Shown here: positions 1 to 6,541 of the stretch, one piece after another
Layout: each line of letters starts with the position of its first letter
Position numbering within the stretch: position 1 is the stretch's first letter
Source of the DNA: an uncultured Planctomycetaceae bacterium
Lineage (GTDB): Bacteria; Planctomycetota; Phycisphaerae; Sedimentisphaerales; UBA12454
Length of the DNA: 24,102 nucleotides
Assembly: GCA_964581585.1 (NCBI GenBank)
Contig: CAZOPG010000001.1
Span: forward strand, 1-24,102
Direction: 5' to 3'
The notes under the pieces: generated by a model
The model's database searches: none
The model's input: the letters and a program-made list of their open reading frames with translations, nothing else
What the model was told of the DNA's origin: nothing
Translations under genes and position numbers: made by a program

Positions 1-223
1 CGGATATGTTTGCCAATGCAATTCCGGAATGACCGCGGCAGGCCGCTATCAGATTCACAAATAATTCCGGTGCACTCGTCCCAAAAGCGACCAGTGTAAC
101 GCCAACCACCACTTTCGGAAGGTTCAGACTCCTGGCAACTGCTGAAGCCCCCCTTATGAGCCATCCTGCCCCATAATACAGAAGAACAAAACTAACTAAC
201 AACAATATAAGATTGAGAACCAT
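1..223 (-). CDS. yrbG: Calcium/sodium antiporter (YrbG/CCX family), N-terminal part; runs off the left edge of the window
   Basis: Manual translation from ATG at 223: MVLNLILLLVSFVLLYYGAGWLIRGASAVARSLNLPKVVVGVTLVAFGTSAPELFVNLIAACRGHSGIALANIS. It has hydrophobic TM segments and the alpha-1 repeat motif GTSAPEL. Not in the supplied ORF track. Confidence 0.9.
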   Translation of the reverse strand, partial: MVLNLILLLVSFVLLYYGAGWLIRGASAVARSLNLPKVVVGVTLVAFGTSAPELFVNLIAACRGHSGIALANIS

Positions 224-226
224 ACC

Positions 227-304
227 TTATTTACTATGACGTACTTTCCAGCGAGCACGACGTTTTTTGCTACCCACTTTTCGCCTTCGTCTCGGCTTAG
301 CCAT
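227..304 (-). CDS. 25-aa highly basic micro-protein MAKPRRRRKVGSKKRRARWKVRHSK
   Basis: ATG at 304-302 and TAA at 229-227. SD-like GGAGA lies about 7 nt upstream and a sigma70-like promoter lies at 378-350. 14 of 25 residues are K/R. The stop is 3 nt before the antiporter ATG. Confidence 0.7.
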   Translation of the reverse strand: MAKPRRRRKVGSKKRRARWKVRHSK

Positions 305-349
305 TAAATATCTCCAAAATAACATTTTATATTAAACATTTGAGCCAAC

Positions 350-378
350 AGGATATATACTATTATCAGAAAATGCAA
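350..378 (-). promoter_or_regulatory. sigma70-like promoter for the micro-ORF/antiporter unit
   Basis: TTGCAT (378-373), 17-nt spacer, TATCCT (355-350). Confidence 0.5.
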
Positions 379-401
379 GCGATTTTAATTTTGAGGTATA
401 A

Positions 402-710
402 ATGATGATACAATGCAAAGACTGTGAATTTTGCGAAATCGCCCCTGGAAACCATAGAACGTTCAAATGCGACCCTTTCATCAACATCAAAGAGCCCGAA
501 TGTATCGCTAAATGGCAGCTAATCCGCCTTGATATGCTGCTGGCAAGCTATCACGGAATGCAGAAATGGCAGGAAAAGCTCGCGCCGCTCCAGGACAAGA
601 TATTCAAATATATGCAGCGTGAGATCGAAGATATTGACGAAACGGACAAATGGAAGCTCGACGAAAATGACCAAAGTGATGAAGACGACAAGCCGGACAC
701 CAAATACTAA
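402..710 (+). CDS. Hypothetical protein with Cys-rich N-terminus and acidic tail
   Basis: 102 aa. CKDCEFC-x11-C-x10-C, then a helical middle and a D/E-rich C-terminus. SD-like GAGG upstream. The stop overlaps the next start (TAATG). Confidence 0.8.
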   Translation: MMIQCKDCEFCEIAPGNHRTFKCDPFINIKEPECIAKWQLIRLDMLLASYHGMQKWQEKLAPLQDKIFKYMQREIEDIDETDKWKLDENDQSDEDDKPDTKY

Positions 711-1570
711 TGGCCTCTGACCAGAAAAAAACGACTATGCAGATCGCAATGATAGGCGAGGAAATCCTCCCGCTGGCGAATGTGGCCTCTGAACATCTTG
801 ACCGCGGAATATTCTTCGGTGACGGTGTGTATGAAGCCATGCGCAGCTATAATGGCAGGCTCACAACTCTCAGCGAGCACCTGGCCCGTTTTGAGCGAAA
901 CCTCAAAGCAATCGATATAACCGCCATCGACATTACCCAGATTCGCAGCAGAGTCGAAAGAGCATATTCGGCATCCAAAATTCCAAATGCGATAATTTAT
1001 TTCCATGTAACTCGCGGCGCAGGATATCGGTCTTATCTTTGTGGTGACCTCAAGCCGAATTTCTTTCTGACGGTTGCTGAACTGCCGGACTATACAGAAA
1101 TCAAAAAGAACGGCATCCGCGTTATGACCTGCCCAGATTTGCGATGGAAGCGGTGCGATATAAAAACGCTCAACCTGCTACCGAATGTTCTGGCCAAACG
1201 GGCCGCGGTTGCAGGTGGATTCGACGATGCGATTCTTGTCGGCGACGATGGGCTGATAACCGAAGGTGCTTCATCCGCATTTTTCGCTATTTGGGAGGGT
1301 TCTCTACGGACTACACCCCTTTCCGCCAACATACTTGGCTCTGTAACTCGCCAGTTTATTCTCAAGCTTGCCAAAAAGATCGATCTGTCCGTTATTGAAA
1401 AAAGCCTGACAGTCGCCGAGGCTGGCGACGCAGAGGAGCTTTTCATCGCGACGAGTCCAAGGGGTATCATACCAGTTGTAAAATTCAACGCTGAAACGAT
1501 AGATGCCGGCAAAATCGGCAAATATACAAAACTGCTAAGCGAATCGCTCGACAAATTCGAAGATCACTAA
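710..1570 (+). CDS. dat: Class IV PLP aminotransferase, D-amino-acid aminotransferase-like
   Basis: DRGIFFGDGVYE, RWKRCDIKTLNLL (PLP-binding Lys), ITEGASS, ILGSVTR and ELFIATS match the DAAT/BCAT fold. RCDIK favours DAAT. Confidence 0.8.
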   Translation: MASDQKKTTMQIAMIGEEILPLANVASEHLDRGIFFGDGVYEAMRSYNGRLTTLSEHLARFERNLKAIDITAIDITQIRSRVERAYSASKIPNAIIYFHVTRGAGYRSYLCGDLKPNFFLTVAELPDYTEIKKNGIRVMTCPDLRWKRCDIKTLNLLPNVLAKRAAVAGGFDDAILVGDDGLITEGASSAFFAIWEGSLRTTPLSANILGSVTRQFILKLAKKIDLSVIEKSLTVAEAGDAEELFIATSPRGIIPVVKFNAETIDAGKIGKYTKLLSESLDKFEDH

Positions 1571-1651
1571 AAAAAACATCTTGCCGAATCTTCTATCTTC
1601 ATTCTTAAATTTTAAATTTTGATTTACGAAACCTTATTTCAGGAGAATTAA

Positions 1652-2971
1652 ATGCCATTTAAAACAATGGGCCTTGCTGACCCGCTGCTACAGGGAATCC
1701 TTGCTACTGGCTACACCGCCCCAACCGAAATCCAGTCCCAGGCCATCCCGGCCATATTAGAGGGAAAGGATATCATCGGCTGCGCCCAGACGGGTACGGG
1801 CAAAACCGCCGCGTTTGTACTACCCATCCTCAGCCGGATCGAGACTATCCCTCAAAAATCCAAAAAAAAGAAAACTCGTGCCTTGGTAGTAACCCCGACC
1901 CGCGAACTGGCGGTTCAGATCGAAGAGGCCGTTCGCGGTTATGGCCGGTTCATGAACCTCAAAACAATCGCGATTTATGGCGGCACACGGATTGAGACGC
2001 AGATCAAGTTTCTCCGACGCGGCGTCGATGTCATCGTTGCCACTCCAGGTAGGCTGCTGGATCATATTCAACGCGGAACCGTGAACCTGTCCATGGTCGA
2101 GGTGCTGGTACTGGATGAAGCTGACCGCATGTTTGATATGGGCTTTATTGAAGACATCCGAAAGATCATCAAAGAACTTCCTGAAGAACGACAAACCCTG
2201 ATGTTCTCAGCCACGATGCCTGAAGCGATAAAAAAACTGACCAAAAGCATACAGAAATCACCAAAGATGATTCAGATAGGCGCTCAGCACAATCCGATTG
2301 AGACTATAACTCAGCATGTTTTTCCCGTCGCGCAACCTCAGAAGATGGAACTGCTTTTGCATTTGATTGAGCGTGAAGCAATGGGCAGCGTCCTGATCTT
2401 TTCGCGAACTAAACGTGGTGCCGACCGGATATGCAGGCAACTGAATAAAAGCGATGTCCAGGCCATTGCGATTCACTCGGACCGAACCCAACGCCAGCGT
2501 CTCGCTGCTTTGCAAGGCTTCAAACGCGGAAAATATCAGGTGATGGTCGCCACCGATATTGCTGCACGAGGGATCGACGTTGAAGGAATATCGCATGTGA
2601 TAAACTTTGATGTGCCTATATATGCCGAAGATTATATACATCGGATCGGGCGAACGGGCCGAGCTGAGGCGACCGGCGATGCGATGACGTTTGTTTCACA
2701 GGAAGAGGTACTGAGTCTGCGCAAGATCGAAAGGTTTATCGAACACAAATTCAAACCGAAGATGGCGGATGGATTCGCGTATTCCCATCGGGTGGACCTG
2801 GAATCAAAGCCAAAAAGCAGCAAAGACGGCAAACGTTCAAAGCCCGGCTCATCCCAACGCCAGCGAATGAAAGCCAAAAACGTTAAACAATCCGATAAGA
2901 CAAAATCCAAAAGCGGCAAAACGACCTGGGGTAAAAAATCCGGAAAAACCAAGACTTACTCCAAGAAATGA
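1652..2971 (+). CDS. rhlE: DEAD-box RNA helicase, RhlE-like
   Basis: Q motif (PTEIQ), AQTGTGKT, PTRELA, TPGRL, DEAD, SAT, ARGID, YIHRIGRTGRA and a Lys-rich tail. SD AGGAG. Confidence 0.9.
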   Translation: MPFKTMGLADPLLQGILATGYTAPTEIQSQAIPAILEGKDIIGCAQTGTGKTAAFVLPILSRIETIPQKSKKKKTRALVVTPTRELAVQIEEAVRGYGRFMNLKTIAIYGGTRIETQIKFLRRGVDVIVATPGRLLDHIQRGTVNLSMVEVLVLDEADRMFDMGFIEDIRKIIKELPEERQTLMFSATMPEAIKKLTKSIQKSPKMIQIGAQHNPIETITQHVFPVAQPQKMELLLHLIEREAMGSVLIFSRTKRGADRICRQLNKSDVQAIAIHSDRTQRQRLAALQGFKRGKYQVMVATDIAARGIDVEGISHVINFDVPIYAEDYIHRIGRTGRAEATGDAMTFVSQEEVLSLRKIERFIEHKFKPKMADGFAYSHRVDLESKPKSSKDGKRSKPGSSQRQRMKAKNVKQSDKTKSKSGKTTWGKKSGKTKTYSKK

Positions 2972-3022
2972 TTTTTTAGTAGCAAAAAAACGTATTTTTT
3001 ATAGGGTTGTCCGATAAAAACT

Positions 3023-3051
3023 TAAAGTTTTCCCGCTTTCTCTGCCGAAAA
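3023..3051 (+). promoter_or_regulatory. Possible sigma28 (FliA)-like promoter upstream of the ParA fusion
   Basis: TAAAGTTT (3023-3030) and GCCGAAAA (3044-3051). The TAAA-to-GCCGA spacer is 17 nt against the canonical 15. Confidence 0.25.
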
Positions 3052-3136
3052 AATAAGAAGAGCTGTTTCTGCGGTTGTGGGTACAGTCGCTTGTTTTCAG
3101 TGGTGATAGAGCTGTTTTTTTGAGCATGGAGGCATT

Positions 3137-4441
3137 ATGAGAGTTATTGCGGTAATTAACCAAAAGGGCGGTGTTGGCAAAACGACGGTTTCTATCAACT
3201 TGGCCAGTTGCCTAGCGGAAGCTGGTAATCGCACTTTGCTGGTCGATATGGACCCTCAATCGCATTGCGCGGTGGGTCTGGCGGTTCCTGAAGAGCAGGT
3301 TGAGCAGAGTATTTACGATGTTCTGATAAGTGCCAGCAGAGACGAGTCGATCAATCTGAGTGAAATTCTCTGGGAGATATCCGATAGACTCTCGCTGGCC
3401 CCGGCCAGTATTGATCTGGCCGCTTTCGACCAGCAGATGTCAGGCATTATCGACCGTGAAAATAGTCTTGCCGAGGTCCTCAATCCAGTCAGCGGCAAAT
3501 ATGATTATGTCATCATTGATTGTCCGCCGGCAGTAGGGTTGTTGACGTTTAATGCAATTCGGGCAGCTACCGACGTAATTGTTCCGGTAGAAACAGGTTA
3601 CTTTTCGCTGCATGGGCTTAGCAAACAGCTCGAAACCCTGAACATTCTTTGTAAGCAGTGTTCTCAGCAGATCAATGTTATGGTTCTTGCCAGCATGTAC
3701 GATATTCGCACGAAAATGGCGAGAGAAATACTTGGTGAGCTTCGTAAGCATTTCTCTGAGAACATGTTCAAAACTATTGTTAATTTCAATACTAAGCTGA
3801 AAGAAGCGACCAGTCTTGGACAACCTGTGAATGAATATTACCCTACGTGTAAGGGGCACAAAGATTTCCAGGAACTGGCCAATGAGCTTACCAGTTCCGA
3901 TAGCAGTGTTAGCAGGCTTAGGCTTCCCGAAAGAGAAGTTGCAACTATCGAGCCCGCCACAAAGCCTAAAAAAGCTGTTGTGCCTTTGGCGAAAGAGAAA
4001 TTGGTATCACCCAGAGAAGAGACTATTCGTACGCTAAGTGACGAACTCGCGGCGATAGGCGCCTCTGCCGATGAGCTTCTGGGTACGATGGAAATTGAAA
4101 AGCAGAAAAAGCAAGCCCCTCTCGCTGCCAGCGCAACGCTCGATGAGAAACTTGCAAATTTCTATGGTATTCGTCAGAGCGGCGGTGCTGTGAGTTTCGT
4201 TACGCTTTATCCGCAAGCCAAGAATGTTCAAATTGCTGGAGATTTCAATAGCTGGCAGCCGGAACTGACGCCGATGCAAAATCTCAATGATGACGGCAAA
4301 TGGCAACTTACGCTTCCGCTTGGGCCGGGAAAATACCGGTATCGGCTGGTAGTTGACGGACAGTGGCAGCAGGATCCTTACAACGAACAGTTAGAGGTGA
4401 ATCCCTTCGGTGAATTCAACTCTATTGTTGAGGTAAAATAA
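3137..4441 (+). CDS. ParA/Soj-family ATPase fused to a C-terminal AMPK-beta/CBM48-type glycogen-binding domain
   Basis: Deviant Walker A NQKGGVGKTT, Walker A' VDMDPQ and Walker B YVIIDCPP, then a charged linker of about 90 aa. The C-terminus reads AKNVQIAGDFNSW...GKWQLTLPLGPGKYRYRLVVDGQWQQDPYN...NPFGEFNSIVEV. SD GGAGG. Confidence 0.9.
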   Translation: MRVIAVINQKGGVGKTTVSINLASCLAEAGNRTLLVDMDPQSHCAVGLAVPEEQVEQSIYDVLISASRDESINLSEILWEISDRLSLAPASIDLAAFDQQMSGIIDRENSLAEVLNPVSGKYDYVIIDCPPAVGLLTFNAIRAATDVIVPVETGYFSLHGLSKQLETLNILCKQCSQQINVMVLASMYDIRTKMAREILGELRKHFSENMFKTIVNFNTKLKEATSLGQPVNEYYPTCKGHKDFQELANELTSSDSSVSRLRLPEREVATIEPATKPKKAVVPLAKEKLVSPREETIRTLSDELAAIGASADELLGTMEIEKQKKQAPLAASATLDEKLANFYGIRQSGGAVSFVTLYPQAKNVQIAGDFNSWQPELTPMQNLNDDGKWQLTLPLGPGKYRYRLVVDGQWQQDPYNEQLEVNPFGEFNSIVEVK

Positions 4442-4503
4442 ACGGGAATTGTTGCTGGAGATTATTCGTTCCGCTGGGGGTATTGTGGGATGATCACAGG
4501 TGC

Positions 4504-5139
4504 ATGATGGAACTGTTCCGAAGAGGCCTGTATGGTGTGTTGGCGGTTTTTATAATCGCTATGGCGGTTTCTTATCCCGTTTACGCGACACATCTTTATT
4601 CTTCCGGGGGTGATTTTGATTTAGCAATACCTCCGCAAGAGTTGGGTAAGGGCTGGATGGAAGATGCGACAATATTTGTGCTGACCAAGGGGGTGGTGTT
4701 TGATGTTGATATTGCGTTAAATCTTACACACAGCAGTGCCTGTGATCTGAAGATTTATCTTCAGAGCCCTGCCGGGACAAGGGTTTGTCTGAACCGGTAC
4801 GATGTGGACGATTTTATTCCTTTTGAGCAGGATTTTTTGTGGACAATATTTGATGACGAGGCCCAGGTTGCTATCGAAGAGGGACGTGCCCCTTTTACGG
4901 GACGGTTTCGTCCGAAATCGCCGGGGCTGCTGTCTGTGTTCGACGGTGAAAATACTTATGGGCTTTGGCGCATTCAGATTTATGACGCAGTCTATGTCAA
5001 TCGCGGGACGTTTCATAATGCTCGTCTGGATTTTGTTGTCAATCCTGAGCCAGGCACGGTTGTTTTTATGATAATGAGTGTATTTTGGAGAAAAGTACAA
5101 TGTCAAAGAAAAGCAAAGCGGCAAAAAAAGTTCTGTTGA
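4504..5139 (+). CDS. Exported proprotein-convertase P-domain protein with PEP-CTERM-like sorting tail
   Basis: Signal peptide (MMELFRRGLYGVLAVFIIAMAVSYPVYA). P-domain motifs LNLTHSSACDLKIYLQSPAGT and GRFRP...LSVFDGENTYGLWRIQIYD. C-terminal NPEPGT, a hydrophobic stretch and a basic tail. The ORF is open from 4483; ATG 4504 is the likelier start. Confidence 0.8.
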   Translation: MMELFRRGLYGVLAVFIIAMAVSYPVYATHLYSSGGDFDLAIPPQELGKGWMEDATIFVLTKGVVFDVDIALNLTHSSACDLKIYLQSPAGTRVCLNRYDVDDFIPFEQDFLWTIFDDEAQVAIEEGRAPFTGRFRPKSPGLLSVFDGENTYGLWRIQIYDAVYVNRGTFHNARLDFVVNPEPGTVVFMIMSVFWRKVQCQRKAKRQKKFC

Positions 5140-5888
5140 TAATTGTTGTTTTAATAATTCTTGTAATAATTATGATTTATTCTTTTGGTAATCAGATGCT
5201 CAAGGCCGGAATTGAAAGGGCGGCAACTAAAAGTCTAAATGTTGGGGTCGCTATCGATGATGTTGACCTCTCTATTCTTGGCGGAAAAGTTAAAGTTGAA
5301 GAGATTGTAATTGATAATCCACCCGGATATGAACATGATAAGTTGCTTGAAATCGATAAGGTCAGAGTCGCAGTTAGTATCGGCTCTTTTTTGAGCGATA
5401 CGGTCAATATTAAAGAAATTGTGCTTGACGGCATTGAGGTTGTAGTTGAACAAAAAGGGCTTAGTAACAATCTGCAAGAGGTTATTAAATCGATACCCAA
5501 GTCAAAGAAAAAAGAGGAAACTGAAACAAAAAAACCTGCGAAAAAGCTTCATATCGATAGCCTTGAAATTACGAATGTTACCGTTAAGGTTAAGCTTTTG
5601 CCGATTTCCGGCAAGTCTGATACGATCCCGCTGAAGCTTGCTCCTATCCGAATGACCGATCTCGGCGGTAAAGACGGGGTCGATACAGCTAAACTAACTG
5701 GCAAAATTCTATTGGCTATTACCAAAGCTATAGCTGAACAGGGCACCGAAGTTTTACCCACAGATATGATCGATGGGTTGGAAGATTCTCTGGCACAAGT
5801 TGCAGAATTAGCGGAAGAAGGAGAAAAACTTCTAAAAGAAGGTGAGAATATCATCGAGGGTATCAAGGGGCTATTAAAAGGTAAATAA
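5100..5888 (+). CDS. AsmA-like (DUF748-type) membrane-anchored protein
   Basis: Basic N-terminus, one TM anchor, then the pattern DVDLSILGGKVKVEEIVIDNPPGY...VNIKEIVLDGIEVVVE. GGAG SD before ATG 5100; the ORF is open from TTG 5085. Confidence 0.7.
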   Translation: MSKKSKAAKKVLLIIVVLIILVIIMIYSFGNQMLKAGIERAATKSLNVGVAIDDVDLSILGGKVKVEEIVIDNPPGYEHDKLLEIDKVRVAVSIGSFLSDTVNIKEIVLDGIEVVVEQKGLSNNLQEVIKSIPKSKKKEETETKKPAKKLHIDSLEITNVTVKVKLLPISGKSDTIPLKLAPIRMTDLGGKDGVDTAKLTGKILLAITKAIAEQGTEVLPTDMIDGLEDSLAQVAELAEEGEKLLKEGENIIEGIKGLLKGK

Positions 5889-5897
5889 TACTAAATA

Positions 5898-5946
5898 AAC
5901 CTGGCCAAGCAGGTTGGCGTTGAAGAACCACTTGCAGTGCAGGTGG
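5898..5946. terminator. Tandem stem-loops after the AsmA-like gene, possible (bidirectional) terminator
   Basis: AACCTG/CAGGTT (5898-5915) and CCACTTGCA/TGCAGGTGG (5928-5946, one G-U pair). No clean plus-strand U tract. Confidence 0.35.
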
Positions 5947-6170
5947 CTAAAAATAGATGAATAATGTGTTGTGGGGCAGATGGTTGTTTTTGTTTTAAGA
6001 AGATAAATTCTCGAATAAATCGAGGGGCTAAGGATTTATTTATTGAAAAGAGACTTTTTCTGCTACGTCTTCTGGGGAATTCTTATCTGTTCTCTCTGAC
6101 CGTCAGGACAAACCCCTTTAATCCGGAAGCTTCGGTGGAGATTAAGTAGTACAACGGGCTGGTTTGGATT

Positions 6171-6347
6171 CTATTTGCGTCTTTCGGAACTGCTTCTACG
6201 GTCCTGTTCCTCTTGCCGGTCGTTGGAGTTTCCTCTTCGTTCTGCGTTCACAGGATTATTTTGTTTTCTGCGTTCCTCGCCTTTTCGGCGATCATTCTGC
6301 CGACGATCATCATCTGACCTTCGATTTTGAGAGTCATTTTCTGTCAT
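6171..6347 (-). CDS. 58-aa disordered micro-protein made of (D/E)RR repeats, candidate c-di-GMP-binding protein
   Basis: MTENDSQNRRSDDDRRQNDRRKGEERRKQNNPVNAERRGNSNDRQEEQDRRSSSERRK*. ATG at 6347, TAG at 6173-6171, SD GAGG 7 nt upstream. The repeats use varied synonymous Arg codons. Not in the ORF track. Confidence 0.75.
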   Translation of the reverse strand: MTENDSQNRRSDDDRRQNDRRKGEERRKQNNPVNAERRGNSNDRQEEQDRRSSSERRK

Positions 6348-6390
6348 AATTTGGCCTCATTGCTTAAAGATTTTTTTATACCCGATGTTT

Positions 6391-6419
6391 TAGTCGGCAT
6401 TATACCCTTAAACCCTTTA
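6391..6419 (-). promoter_or_regulatory. Promoter region of the (D/E)RR micro-gene: perfect TATAAT and/or a sigma28-like element
   Basis: TATAAT at 6404-6399. TAAA (6419-6416), 17 nt, GCCGACTA (6398-6391). GGGTATAA occurs twice (6407-6400 and 6383-6376). Confidence 0.35.
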
Positions 6420-6460
6420 ATTAAGTAATGTTTTCATTGGGATACGGTGCTGAGAAATTC

Positions 6461-6489
6461 TTGACTTTTAAGCTCAAAATCGCTACTCT
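6461..6489 (+). promoter_or_regulatory. sigma70-like promoter of trpS-scpA
   Basis: TTGACT (6461-6466), 17 nt, TACTCT (6484-6489). Confidence 0.6.
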
Positions 6490-6541
6490 CATAGCGTAGG
6501 GAATTTTAGAATCATTATTTGTAAAGATTCAGGAGTAAAAG

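Noticed and set aside
2800-2971. Lys/Ser-rich low-complexity tail of the helicase
   Set aside because: Basic disordered C-termini are normal for RhlE-type DEAD-box proteins.
2684-3136. Search for parS or oriC next to the ParA fusion; TGTTTCACAGGAAGAG near 2692 and TGTGGGTAC near 3076
   Set aside because: These have five mismatches to the parS consensus and two to the DnaA box. They are not supportable.
5964-6349. Plus-strand track ORFs 5964-6149 and 6164-6349
   Set aside because: No SD or recognisable motifs. The second is the antisense shadow of the better supported minus-strand (D/E)RR ORF.
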